A model generated the notes under the pieces. That model saw nothing but the letters and a program-made list of their open reading frames with translations, was not told where the DNA came from and did not search any database. A stretch of 64,000 bases of DNA, from positions 1,344,001 through 1,408,000 of the forward strand of contig CP143273.1 of the NCBI GenBank assembly GCA_051013385.1, given 5' to 3'. Source of the DNA: Phormidium sp. Its GTDB lineage: Bacteria; Cyanobacteriota; Cyanobacteriia; Cyanobacteriales; Aerosakkonemataceae. Shown here piece after piece: positions 29,054-39,242 of the stretch (the first letter of the stretch is position 1; each line of letters opens with the position of its first letter). Position numbers and translations under genes: made by a program.

Positions 29054-30868
29054 CTAAATCACAGAAGCTATTTGAACCACTTCATCAAGCGCATTACTAA
29101 CAGTTCCAAAAGTAGAAACAGCAGGACGATTACCACTTTCATCAGCGTAACCTTGCGCCAACAAACGAGTCCGATTTAGACAAAGTTTGCTGAAAATTGG
29201 TGATAGTAAATCGAATTGAGTAAAGCGCGATCGCAATTCAGGAAACTCCGCCTGATAATCCAAAATAACTTCACGCACTTGTAACCAAAAATCTCGCTCA
29301 TCATATTGATGATAAGTTTCCAGCAAATCCGATAAATAGCGGAAATGACAAATAAATAAACCGCAAAAAATGTACTGACAAAGCTTCTCGTCCTTCTCTC
29401 CCGAAAAGAAGGGTTTAATTTCAGGCGGAAAACTTTCTAATTCCGGGAACGGATGCTCACTAATATTAACATCATCAAGGAAATCTTTGATCGCAATTCT
29501 CACAGGAATGTTATCTTTCAAGATTAAAATCACGTTCTCCCCATGTGGAGAAAAGACGGTTCCATAACGATAAAGGTAATGGAGAAGAGGAGGTAAAACA
29601 GCATTTAACAGACTTTTTAACCATTGAGATAAACTTAAACTTGATTGTTCAACAAGCTGAGAAATAAAAGGTTTACCCTGATAATCTAGATGTAATAAAG
29701 ATGCTAACGTTATCGGTTTTTCCTTTGGTTCGAGATAGTTAAACACACTTTCGCGCCAAAGACAACCTAGCATCTCTCGATATTGGTAAGGTGCTCCTTT
29801 GAGGTTCATATAATAAGGATGAAAATACTGAATTCCAGCGACTTCACCTAAGAGAATTAATCGGCATTTTTGGGTTAGGAAGGGATCGCGATCGCAAATT
29901 TCTTTCAACCATTCCGTCATGTATGGCGCTAAGATTGGTGCTGGTAATCCGCGATAAGTTGAAGTATTCAAAATACTAATAGGAAGTTTGACATTGCGTT
30001 TTTGAGGATTGCTGATATTTAGGAAAGTCCGAATTGATTGTTGAGGTAGGTAGTTGTCTGGCGATCGATCTAAAAAAACAATAGCCTTAGCAGCAATTTC
30101 TTCAGCAAATAAGCTGGCTAAATAAGTTTCAAATTGCCAATCATGTATCGGTAAAAAGTAATAATTTTCTGGGTTTAATCCTTGTTTAATTAGCAAATTT
30201 TGGAAGTGTTTAATTTGGCTTTCTCCCAATTCTTCTTGCAGCAATTGTTTATAACTTAATTGAGAGACTGCATTAAATTTAGCTTTGTCTTTTATTGCTG
30301 CAATCCAAAGAAAAGAAACTCGCTGTTTTTGTTCTGGTGCGTAATTCAAATAATCCTGATAATTAAAACCAATTCGACCTTTGTTAAAGGTAATCCAAGG
30401 ATGTCCTTCCATCTCTCCTTCTAGTTCGGCGTAGCTTAACTTTAATAAGTTGGTTTTGGCGGTTTCTTTGTTAGCATGAATGTGTGCATCTGCTAATAGT
30501 GTATTGCTGATTTCTCGGATAAAATGAGCAGTTGTAACTGGGTTCATTTCTATAGTTTCATGAATATCTAAAATGAATTGCAAGACTTGGGTTGCTGGTT
30601 GCCATTCTGTGTTATTTATTTGACGTTTAATGGTTTCGGGAATGACTCGGTAGCTGTTAAATAATCTGGTTTTGGCTACGAAGCGATAAACAACGGAGGC
30701 TAGGGAAAGTTGATATCGTTTGGTGTTTTTGTTGATGGTTTCGATGATTTCTGGTGTGATTATTTCTTCATACATAAATTCGGAAAGCATTTTGGCTAGT
30801 AAGTTCCGATTTATGGTTTCCCAGTTTTGGGGTTTTAAGGCTGTTTTTAAGACGTTGAGGTTTTTCAC
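29054..30868 (-). CDS. IucA/IucC family NRPS-independent siderophore synthetase (RhbF/IucC-like)
   Basis: EGHPW..NKGRIGF, PQQSIRT, PHGEN, KDF, LCLNR. Confidence 0.92.
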   Translation of the reverse strand: MKNLNVLKTALKPQNWETINRNLLAKMLSEFMYEEIITPEIIETINKNTKRYQLSLASVVYRFVAKTRLFNSYRVIPETIKRQINNTEWQPATQVLQFILDIHETIEMNPVTTAHFIREISNTLLADAHIHANKETAKTNLLKLSYAELEGEMEGHPWITFNKGRIGFNYQDYLNYAPEQKQRVSFLWIAAIKDKAKFNAVSQLSYKQLLQEELGESQIKHFQNLLIKQGLNPENYYFLPIHDWQFETYLASLFAEEIAAKAIVFLDRSPDNYLPQQSIRTFLNISNPQKRNVKLPISILNTSTYRGLPAPILAPYMTEWLKEICDRDPFLTQKCRLILLGEVAGIQYFHPYYMNLKGAPYQYREMLGCLWRESVFNYLEPKEKPITLASLLHLDYQGKPFISQLVEQSSLSLSQWLKSLLNAVLPPLLHYLYRYGTVFSPHGENVILILKDNIPVRIAIKDFLDDVNISEHPFPELESFPPEIKPFFSGEKDEKLCQYIFCGLFICHFRYLSDLLETYHQYDERDFWLQVREVILDYQAEFPELRSRFTQFDLLSPIFSKLCLNRTRLLAQGYADESGNRPAVSTFGTVSNALDEVVQIASVI

Positions 30869-30871
30869 GAT

Positions 30872-32077
30872 TTAATCTTGGGGTATGGGGGGTAATGTTT
30901 TAGGGTTTGGTGTGTTTTGGAATATGGTAATTTTGGCGAATATCCAATTAGCAATGCTGAAAATTGCTGCTATTAAAAATGGTGCTGCTAGGTTGTAATT
31001 GCTGACTAACCAAGATGCTGCGAGTGGCGCACCTAATCTTCCAACATTGGCGAAGGATGCGGCTACACTATAGTTAAAGTGAATTCCAGTTTCGCTGCTT
31101 TCGTTGAATAATTTCAGTTGTAAAACTGTTTCGGTGACGGCGAGGAAAAATCCGTAAACTAGGCGACTGAGAATTAGGAAAAGTAGGGAGTTTGTCCAAC
31201 CTTGGAAAAATAAACTCGCTACTAATAATACCATCCCAAATGTATAAATTTGCTTTAAGTTATGGGATTTGCAAGCAAAATGAATGTAAGGTAAGGCAGC
31301 GATCGCCATCACACTAGGAATTAAAAATAGAATGCTACTATTGAGCAAACTAATGTTAAATGGTTCGGGTGCGATGACGTATTCGGTAAAGTAAGGACGA
31401 ATTAGGTTATTGGCAAGTTGAAAGGTGAGAATTGCCATCCCAATTGCTAGAATAAAACCTATTTGTTGTTTTTCTGTTGTCAGTTTTGATTCTTGTGTAG
31501 TAGGTTTATTTTGAGGTTTGGTTTCTACTCCTCGCAATAGATAAATGCAGAGTGCTAATTGGATTAAATCTGCGATCGCAACTCCATAAAATAATGACAA
31601 TGGTGCTTCCCATCCCATCATCCAAGCGCCAGCAATTGTGGAGGTAACAATTGCACCGTGAGATACTGCTTGGTAAGTTCCTGCTACTGTGGAACGTTGA
31701 CTTTCTCCGGCTAATTGAATGATTAATGTGTAAACCAAAAAGTAGCTACTTTTGAGAACAAGCAATACAACGGTATACCACAAAAATTGCTTTTCATTCG
31801 TCGCTGTCGCCATCATTGCTGTCATAATGGCGCTTCCTAATTGTCCGAAATATATTAGATGTTTGACAGAAAACCATCGCGCTAAAATTCCCCATAATGG
31901 AGAAGCAATAACTACAGTCAGGCGACAAACAAAAATGTAATATCCTGTGTAACTTAAGTCTTCTACTCCGAAAACTTTGCGGAAAAATTGTGGGTAGAAT
32001 GGTGATAATAAAACTTCGGTAAACCACGCTAAGAAAACACAGAAAAACAGGGTTCCTAACAACCATTTTTGTTTCAT
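30872..32077 (-). CDS. MFS transporter, probable siderophore exporter
   Basis: About 12 hydrophobic segments, 401 aa, inside the cluster. Confidence 0.8.
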   Translation of the reverse strand: MKQKWLLGTLFFCVFLAWFTEVLLSPFYPQFFRKVFGVEDLSYTGYYIFVCRLTVVIASPLWGILARWFSVKHLIYFGQLGSAIMTAMMATATNEKQFLWYTVVLLVLKSSYFLVYTLIIQLAGESQRSTVAGTYQAVSHGAIVTSTIAGAWMMGWEAPLSLFYGVAIADLIQLALCIYLLRGVETKPQNKPTTQESKLTTEKQQIGFILAIGMAILTFQLANNLIRPYFTEYVIAPEPFNISLLNSSILFLIPSVMAIAALPYIHFACKSHNLKQIYTFGMVLLVASLFFQGWTNSLLFLILSRLVYGFFLAVTETVLQLKLFNESSETGIHFNYSVAASFANVGRLGAPLAASWLVSNYNLAAPFLIAAIFSIANWIFAKITIFQNTPNPKTLPPIPQD

Positions 32078-33408
32078 GAAACAGCAACCCCAAATTTTTG
32101 AAATACATTAGAATGGTTTACGGGATACAATGTTTTACCTGTCAAAGAGTTAATAATGACAGCGTTGCGATATGCGCCAAGTCCTAAATCTGGTGCGCCA
32201 ATTCCGTGAGTGTGCAATTCGCTATTCTGCACAAAAATTTTATTAACAACTGGTTTTGTTAGGCGAACTTGATAGTCAAAACTAACGTTGTAACGTCCTG
32301 AATTATCCCATTCAATTAAATTTTGCAATCCAGAAATGCAGGTAGGAATTGCATGATGATATCCAGTTGCAAGGATAATACAATCGGTTTCGTGATTGAT
32401 ACGTTCGCCTTGTTGTTGATGGCGATATCCGATTTGGTAGCGAGTTCCGTTAGGTGTAGAAACGAGGGTAACTTCTTTCGCTTCTAATAGAGGAAGTAGT
32501 TGAATGGGAGGTTTTTTCCCAGCAATTGTGCGTTCGTAAAGTAAGTCGTAAATTTTGGTGATTGTTTCGTGACTAATACCTTTGTAAAAGAAGGTTTGTT
32601 GTTGTAAGATTTGCGATCGCACTTGGGCCGACAAATGATAAAAGTAGCGAATGTAGTCTGGCGAAAAGTGTTCTAAGGCGAGTTTGGTATACTCCATCGG
32701 TAAAAAACTGCTAGAACGAGTATGCCAATGCAGTTGATAACCGTAAGTTTCTTGTTCAACGAGGAGTTCGTAAAAGACTTCAGCGGCACTTTGACCTGAC
32801 CCTAATATGGTAACAGATTGGGAAGTGCGGGGGCGATCGCGTTTATGCAAAAACTCAGCTGAATGAAAAATATTTTCCGCAGATAAAGCATTTTTGAAAC
32901 AATTTGGAACTTGGGGAACGCTACCAACTCCTAATACTAAATGTCGCGTCAAATAAGTTTCAATTTTTTGTGAGGAAATCTCTCGAACTTGTACTTCAAA
33001 ATAGCTTTCTTCTGACGTTTCTTGCCAAGAAATACTTTCCACCCGTTGTCCAAATCGACAACTTTCTAATTGATTCGCTACCCATTGACAATAATGGTTA
33101 TATTCCTGGCGCGGAATCTGAAAACGTTCCAAAATGTAGAAGTGGTAAAGCCGTGATTGTTCCTGTAAATAATTTAGGTAACTAAAACGGCTACTAGGGT
33201 TAACCATTGTTACCAAATCGGCTAAAAAGGAAACTTGAATTGTTGATCCTTCAATTAATAAACCCGAATGCCAAATAAACTCAGGTTTTTGTTCTAAAAA
33301 CAGTGCTTTCACCCCGGAAATTGGTTCGAGTAATGCTGCTAACCCTAAATTAAATGGCCCAATTCCTACACCCAAAATATCGTAAATCTCTTTAGCCATG
33401 AATTTCAC
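32074..33408 (-). CDS. Lysine/ornithine/diamine N-monooxygenase (RhbE/IucD-like)
   Basis: GVGIGPFNL FAD motif, WHSGLL, GSGQSAAE, LATGY. Confidence 0.93.
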   Translation of the reverse strand: MKFMAKEIYDILGVGIGPFNLGLAALLEPISGVKALFLEQKPEFIWHSGLLIEGSTIQVSFLADLVTMVNPSSRFSYLNYLQEQSRLYHFYILERFQIPRQEYNHYCQWVANQLESCRFGQRVESISWQETSEESYFEVQVREISSQKIETYLTRHLVLGVGSVPQVPNCFKNALSAENIFHSAEFLHKRDRPRTSQSVTILGSGQSAAEVFYELLVEQETYGYQLHWHTRSSSFLPMEYTKLALEHFSPDYIRYFYHLSAQVRSQILQQQTFFYKGISHETITKIYDLLYERTIAGKKPPIQLLPLLEAKEVTLVSTPNGTRYQIGYRHQQQGERINHETDCIILATGYHHAIPTCISGLQNLIEWDNSGRYNVSFDYQVRLTKPVVNKIFVQNSELHTHGIGAPDLGLGAYRNAVIINSLTGKTLYPVNHSNVFQKFGVAVS

Positions 33409-34006
33409 TCTTTAAGAAACGTTTTCTCTCACAAAACATCAAAGCTGCGCGTTTATCAGGTAACTCAATTTCTCGTTGCAACTCAAAACCGCAGCGGGTA
33501 AAAACATGAATCATTTTTGAGTTACGGATATCCGGTTCTGCAATTACTTTTTCAGTTGCAGAATGTTGAAACAAAAACTCAGTCATGGCGCGTAGCAAGG
33601 GTAAAGCATAGCCTTTCCCTAAAAAGTTTGGTTCACCAATTAATAGATGAATTCCTCGATCTTCGGGATGAAATTCGTAAGCTTTGGCGACAATATCTCC
33701 TGCTACCCAGTAAGTTTCCCAGTAACTCATTGGTACGCCATCTAAACAACCAATATAAAGGCTTTGATGGGTGTCAGATAATGCGTTTTGCAAGTGTTTT
33801 TTCATTGATTCTAAATCAAGCGCCAAATTCCAAAAAGGAATTACATGGGGTTGATTCATCCAGTTGTGAATTAAAGGCAAATCTTCGTCTAACACAACCA
33901 GACGAAAGGCAATTGTTTTGGCAATGTTTGGGTCAAAATTTTCCCAAACATTGCGCGAATCTCTCGATGGAGAATAGGCAACAGTTGAGTTGAGTAAAGT
34001 CATCAA
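33392..34006 (-). CDS. Siderophore N-acyltransferase (RhbD/IucB/AlcB-like GNAT)
   Basis: HNWMNQPHV, DRGIHLLIG, EPDIRN, LPDKRAALM. Confidence 0.9.
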   Translation of the reverse strand: MMTLLNSTVAYSPSRDSRNVWENFDPNIAKTIAFRLVVLDEDLPLIHNWMNQPHVIPFWNLALDLESMKKHLQNALSDTHQSLYIGCLDGVPMSYWETYWVAGDIVAKAYEFHPEDRGIHLLIGEPNFLGKGYALPLLRAMTEFLFQHSATEKVIAEPDIRNSKMIHVFTRCGFELQREIELPDKRAALMFCERKRFLKSEIHG

Positions 34007-34014
34007 TTTTTCTA

Positions 34015-35808
34015 TTAAATAGCTAAGGGATTTTGAATTGTGACGTAAACAGATTGAGTTGCAACTGAACCAACTAATTCATCCATGTCGTGAAATCGAG
34101 TTAGTAAGTTACCTTTGCATCGCAGTTGAGATTGAGTTAGTAAGTTTTCCAAGAATTTAGAACAGCCTTGTTCTAGAGATAAGTGCTTTTCTAAGGCTTT
34201 TCTTACCTCTAAAATTAGCAAGTGTTCATCGATTAATTCAGCTACGCCAAAGGCATTTACTAAACCTAGTAAATTATTCATTACCAGGTAATAGCCTAAA
34301 CGTTCGTCAATTACTGCATCTTCACAAAAGGTCTGGCTTTTCTCGCTAATTCCTGGCAGAATTGTTTCTAAGTTTTGCCGGAAAGATTCCCGATAGTAGT
34401 AACCTTGGTTGTCTCGATAAAAGAATTTATCGGGATAGCCATCTTTTAACTGAAGTACGCTATTTTGTTGATGTGCTTCTACAGCAATTCCGTAGGTAAA
34501 ATATAACCAAAGAATGGGTTCTAAGCAAAGTTTTAAATAACGTTGAAACCAATCTAAAGCTACATCTGCCGTTAGCCGTTTTTCTTGTTGCGCTAATTGC
34601 TGAATAATTGCTGCAAGTCGCGAACCTTCTCCGGTAATTTTATCCTGACATAAAGAGATTATACAAGTCGCATCGGTTTGATCGGAAAAGGGATTTTCTC
34701 GCAGAACTGTGGCAAATCCAGAAGTTAATTCTTCTTCTCCTTTAATAGTAATATAAGCTGGATCTTTTACAATCTGAAATTCGGGAAATTTTTGCTGAAG
34801 TTCTTGTCCAATTTCGGTGTCGAGAATGCGAGAAATTTCTCCGCCTCTTTCTAATTCTTTGTAAAGATTTGCTCTTAAGGAATTAGTAATTTTTACATTC
34901 AAGGAAAACTTGAACATAAATGAGGAATTAGGATGATAAACTGTGCGAATTGAAGAAGTAGGAAAATAAGCTTTTCCTTGTTGTCCTAAATCTTCTAATA
35001 AGCCTTGTGCAAGTAGTTTTTGTACAGCAGGTTTACGCTTTAAAAATTGTGCTTGCCAAGGATGAACGGGAATTAGCGAATATTCATCAGTTTGACAGTA
35101 TTTTTGTTTGAATTCTGTTGCAACTTCAGCATCAGCTAAAAGTTCGTTTTTGATTAAGTGTGTTGCTGTTTGGTTTGAGTTTGAATCTTCCTGAATTATA
35201 GACTGGTGTGCGCGGAAATAATAGGAGGAAAAACTACCTTTTAATTCTGGAGAGTAAAGCGGTAAATCTTCCTCAGAAAAACCTTGACGGCTTTTAGGTG
35301 TCGGGTGTAAATGATGTCCGAAAACTAAGGCTTGTTCAGTTTCCCTAAATGAACGTTTAAATCCATACAACTCAGAAATTTCTGCGAAACGATGTTGAAC
35401 AAACTGTTCAATATTCCGGCAACTTTGCACCACTCGCAATAATAACTCATCCTGATGTCCATTCTGATTACTAGCCAACATTAACTCTTTAGTAATGAGT
35501 GCAGTTAAAGTGACATAATCGAGTGGTAAAAGCTCAGTTTTTCCTAAAGATTGGTAATAGATGGGAAAACTAAAAATATGCCGTCCTGTAGGAGAGTAAT
35601 AACGTAATCCTGCTAGTATCTCAATGTTTTGATGAGATAAAGCACAGGCAATTAAAGAATCCGTTCCTAATTTTGACGATCGCAAAAACTCCCCCTTACC
35701 ACTCTCCCTCAAATAACAGTTTAGGAAACTTTGCATCGTCGCCTGTTCAGCAATTTCTTTAGCTGAAAGAGATTGAAAAACCGTTGGATTAAGCGTTGCT
35801 TCAGTCAT
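34015..35808 (-). CDS. IucA/IucC family siderophore synthetase (RhbC/IucA-like)
   Basis: EQALVFGH.LHPTPKSR, PTSSIRT, KITNS.R, EAHQQN, RDNQG. Confidence 0.92.
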   Translation of the reverse strand: MTEATLNPTVFQSLSAKEIAEQATMQSFLNCYLRESGKGEFLRSSKLGTDSLIACALSHQNIEILAGLRYYSPTGRHIFSFPIYYQSLGKTELLPLDYVTLTALITKELMLASNQNGHQDELLLRVVQSCRNIEQFVQHRFAEISELYGFKRSFRETEQALVFGHHLHPTPKSRQGFSEEDLPLYSPELKGSFSSYYFRAHQSIIQEDSNSNQTATHLIKNELLADAEVATEFKQKYCQTDEYSLIPVHPWQAQFLKRKPAVQKLLAQGLLEDLGQQGKAYFPTSSIRTVYHPNSSFMFKFSLNVKITNSLRANLYKELERGGEISRILDTEIGQELQQKFPEFQIVKDPAYITIKGEEELTSGFATVLRENPFSDQTDATCIISLCQDKITGEGSRLAAIIQQLAQQEKRLTADVALDWFQRYLKLCLEPILWLYFTYGIAVEAHQQNSVLQLKDGYPDKFFYRDNQGYYYRESFRQNLETILPGISEKSQTFCEDAVIDERLGYYLVMNNLLGLVNAFGVAELIDEHLLILEVRKALEKHLSLEQGCSKFLENLLTQSQLRCKGNLLTRFHDMDELVGSVATQSVYVTIQNPLAI

Positions 35809-36017
35809 GGTGAATTAACTAGTAAAAAACAGCAATAGAAAACTCCATCTTCTCTCTGCGTTCTCTGCGTCTCTGTGGTTTTTAAATAAACCTATTGCAC
35901 AAGTCAGAGTTTTTTAGAACGCAGATGAAATACGATAATCTCGAATTAATTCTGAACTCTTCTTCTCTTTCTTCTCTTTCTTCGCGCTCTTTGCGTTCTT
36001 TGCGGTAAAAAAATTCT

Positions 36018-37517
36018 TCATTTATCGCTTAGAACTTGACCTATCTCTTTAATTCTCCGCAAAATTTCCTTGACATGAGTAAGAGTAGTGTGGGGATTAA
36101 GGAGAGTAAACTTCAAGTAAACTTTGTGATTAATTTGAGTTTGAGCAATAACAGCTTCTCCTGTTCCTAATAAAGTCAAACGAATTTGTTGGTTAATAAA
36201 ATTCGCCAACTCAGAATTTGACGGGAGATAACGAAAAACAACCGCATTAATCGTCGGAAAATTAGCCAATTCTAAATCCGAATCATCCTTAATTAAATTA
36301 GCAGTTGCTTGAGCAAGTTTTATCGTAGTTTCAATCATCTCTGCTAACTGCTTTTGTCCGATCGCCTGAAGCGTAACAAACAACTTCAACCCATCAAAAC
36401 GCCGGGTAGTTTGCACAGATTTAGTCACCAAATCCACCATCCCAAATTCCGTGTGACTTTCGGGATTTAAATAGTCAGCGTGCAACTTAATTAACTCAAA
36501 ATTCAAGCGATTTTTAAGTAAAAAAGCACCGCAACTAATCGGTTGGTAAAACAGTTTGTGGAAGTCAACAGCGATCGAATCCGCACCATCAATTCCCCTT
36601 AACAAATGAGAATATCGATCGCAAATCGCCAACGCACCCCCATACGCCGCATCAATGTGCAACCAAACTCCCAGTTCTTGGGCAATTTCACCGATCTCCC
36701 CTAACGGATCGATACTACCAAAATCAGTAGTACCCGCAGTCGCTACAATGGCGATCGGCAAACAACTCTCCTGCTTTAAAGCTTGCAAAGTCTCCTGCAA
36801 CTTCTCCACAGACATTCGATAGTCGGTATCAACTGCTACTGCAATTACCGCTTTTTCGCCTAAACCCAATTGCGCCGCAGCTTGGCGAACTGTGAAATGA
36901 GCAACTTCGGAACAGAGAATGCGGAAACGAGACGCTTCTGGTGGTAAACCCTGCTGTTGAATCGACCAATTTAGGTGGTTTAAGGCAAAGCGATCGCGTG
37001 CCAGCAGCAATCCCATAAAATTAGACTGCGTACCACCACTGGTAAAAACCCCGTCTGCCATCTCCCCAAAACCAAACCACGCACAGACTTGACGAATCAT
37101 CTGCTGTTCTAAGTGCGTCGCCACTGCACTCTGATCCCAGGAATCCATCGACTGATTCATCCCACTGATCAGCACTTCCGCTGCTAAAGCGGGAATCCCT
37201 GGGGGACAATGCAGGTGGGCGACACAGGCGGGATGGGAAACCACAACTGAGTTATTGAGAATAATTTTAGCAGTAGTGTGTAATACTTGTTGCAAATCTT
37301 TCCCAACTTTTGGACAAAAATAAAAATTGTCTAAAGCCGTAGCTAAATCTTCTGGAGATTTGCCACTATAAGGTTGAGACTGTGCCGCAAAGTGACTAAT
37401 CAGCAATTCCTGTGCTGTAGCGATCGCCTCTCGATACGCCGCCCAACTTGCTTCCGAATTCCCCAACAATTCAGCATCAAAGCACTGGTGAGGCAGATTT
37501 TCCGGCAAACTCAACAT
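36018..37517 (-). CDS. L-2,4-diaminobutyrate decarboxylase (RhbB/Ddc-like)
   Basis: AHLHCP, SWDQS, TSGGTQSN, HIDAAYGG, DFHK (PLP lysine), QTTRRFD. Confidence 0.92.
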   Translation of the reverse strand: MLSLPENLPHQCFDAELLGNSEASWAAYREAIATAQELLISHFAAQSQPYSGKSPEDLATALDNFYFCPKVGKDLQQVLHTTAKIILNNSVVVSHPACVAHLHCPPGIPALAAEVLISGMNQSMDSWDQSAVATHLEQQMIRQVCAWFGFGEMADGVFTSGGTQSNFMGLLLARDRFALNHLNWSIQQQGLPPEASRFRILCSEVAHFTVRQAAAQLGLGEKAVIAVAVDTDYRMSVEKLQETLQALKQESCLPIAIVATAGTTDFGSIDPLGEIGEIAQELGVWLHIDAAYGGALAICDRYSHLLRGIDGADSIAVDFHKLFYQPISCGAFLLKNRLNFELIKLHADYLNPESHTEFGMVDLVTKSVQTTRRFDGLKLFVTLQAIGQKQLAEMIETTIKLAQATANLIKDDSDLELANFPTINAVVFRYLPSNSELANFINQQIRLTLLGTGEAVIAQTQINHKVYLKFTLLNPHTTLTHVKEILRRIKEIGQVLSDK

Positions 37518-38965
37518 TAACTCACCTCTGCTAAAACTTGCGATTCTGCCGCTTGAACTGCTGCCGCAAAAATCCCGCTAATACTGTCAATTTGTTCCGA
37601 TGTGACGATTAATGGCGGTAAAAAGCGCACTACGCTGCTAAATCGTCCTCCTAATTCCAAAATTAGCCCTCTTTTTAAACATTCCGCTTGAATCCGCTGC
37701 GCCATCGCTGGATAAGCAGGATATTTCTCGCCGCACATTGGCGCATCCGTATTTACCACTTCCACCCCAATCATTAACCCACGTCCGCGCACATTACCCA
37801 TGCAGCGAGTCTGTTGTTGAATGCTTTCCAGATGTTGCAATAGGCGATCGCCCATTTTCGTCGCCCAATCCATCAATCGATGTTCCAAAATATAGTTCAG
37901 CGTTGCAATCCCCGCTGCCATCGCCAATTGATTGCCGCGAAAGGTTCCCGCGTGTGCCCCTGGTTCCCAGCAATCCAGGTTTTCTCGGTACAACACCACC
38001 GAAAGCGGCAAACTTCCGCCGATCGCTTTCGAGAGTAACACCACATCTGGCACAATTCCCGAATGCTCAAAAGCGTATAATTTCCCCGTTCTGCCCCATC
38101 CTGTTTGAATTTCATCCACAATTAGGGGTATATTTCGCTCTTGCGTCATTTTGCGAATTTCCTGTACCCAAGCATCCGGCGCAGGAATCGCCCCCCCTTC
38201 ACCTTGAACAATTTCTAAAATCATCCCTGCTGGGTGGTTAATGCCGCTTTCTGGATCGTCCAAAACGTGCTGAATATAATGACTGCTGAGGCGATGTCCC
38301 GCTTCTCCGCCAACGCCAAAGGGACAGCGATAATCGGAAGGATAGGGCAGAAAGTGAACATCGCTCATCAATCCAGCGATCGCTGCTTTCGGTGCCAGCT
38401 TACCCGTCAGACTCAATGCCCCGTGAGTCATCCCATGATAACCGCCGTGAAATGACAGCATGGTGCGTCTTCCGGTAGCAGTTTTCACCAGTTTAACCGC
38501 AGCTTCCACCGCATCTGCCCCAGAAGGCCCACAAAACTGAATCCGCGCCTGTTCCGCAAAACTAGGAGGCAAACTGGCGAATAAGTCCTCGACAAATTGA
38601 TCTTTAATCGGTGTGGTTAAATCCAGAGTGTGCAAGGGGTAACTATCGTCTAAAACCTGTCGCATTGCTGCCAACACAACCGGATGATTGTGCCCCAAGG
38701 CGAGAGTTCCCGCACCTGCTAAACAGTCAAAATACTGCTTGCCGTCGGCATCAGTGATGAAAATCCCTTTGGCGGCGCGAATTGCTAAGGGAATTGAGCG
38801 CGGATAGCTGCGGGCGTTCGATTCCCTCTGTTTTTGGCGATCGAGGTATGCTTGCGATCGCCTCCCAGGTACAGGTCGTAAATCGCCGCCTGTATTATGG
38901 CAAATGTTAATTGGCTGTAAAAACTCCCGCTCTGGCGATGAGGAATTGTTGCAGGTTGGATGCAC
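37517..38965 (-). CDS. Diaminobutyrate-2-oxoglutarate transaminase (RhbA/Dat-like)
   Basis: ESNARSYPR, DCLAGAGTLALGHNHP, DEIQTG, SKAIGG, HAGTFRGN. Confidence 0.93.
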   Translation of the reverse strand: MHPTCNNSSSPEREFLQPINICHNTGGDLRPVPGRRSQAYLDRQKQRESNARSYPRSIPLAIRAAKGIFITDADGKQYFDCLAGAGTLALGHNHPVVLAAMRQVLDDSYPLHTLDLTTPIKDQFVEDLFASLPPSFAEQARIQFCGPSGADAVEAAVKLVKTATGRRTMLSFHGGYHGMTHGALSLTGKLAPKAAIAGLMSDVHFLPYPSDYRCPFGVGGEAGHRLSSHYIQHVLDDPESGINHPAGMILEIVQGEGGAIPAPDAWVQEIRKMTQERNIPLIVDEIQTGWGRTGKLYAFEHSGIVPDVVLLSKAIGGSLPLSVVLYRENLDCWEPGAHAGTFRGNQLAMAAGIATLNYILEHRLMDWATKMGDRLLQHLESIQQQTRCMGNVRGRGLMIGVEVVNTDAPMCGEKYPAYPAMAQRIQAECLKRGLILELGGRFSSVVRFLPPLIVTSEQIDSISGIFAAAVQAAESQVLAEVS

Positions 38966-38998
38966 TTGTCATTCCCTTCAACGTAGTTTCTGAAAGTC

Positions 38999-39037
38999 AA
39001 GAGGATTTATTGAAAATTATTTTCAATAAATCCTCTT
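38999..39037. promoter_or_regulatory. Perfect 19-1-19 palindrome with Fur-box-like core
   Basis: AAGAGGATTTATTGAAAAT-T-ATTTTCAATAAATCCTCTT; 7-1-7 core TGAAAATnATTTTCA just upstream of the siderophore operon. Confidence 0.8.
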
Positions 39038-39050
39038 AACTAAGTACAAT

Positions 39051-39080
39051 ATCATAAAGTCAAACGATAATTACTGTCAA
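39051..39080 (-). promoter_or_regulatory. Sigma70-type promoter of the siderophore operon, overlapped by a second Fur-like box
   Basis: TTGACA (39080-39075), 18 nt, TATGAT (39056-39051); GATAATTACTGTCAAT overlaps the -35. Confidence 0.65.
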
Positions 39081-39242
39081 TAAGCTGATAGACAAGTTCA
39101 GGACTTTGGCTCTCTCAGTAAAAGCTTTACCTAAAATGTCGGATGAATGCCCCCGTTACAGCAATAGTACCGCCAAGCAAGTTTTGGAAACATTCCGAAT
39201 GTGCCAGAAGCCTACGCTTACCCGTAGGTAAGCGTAGGTAGT

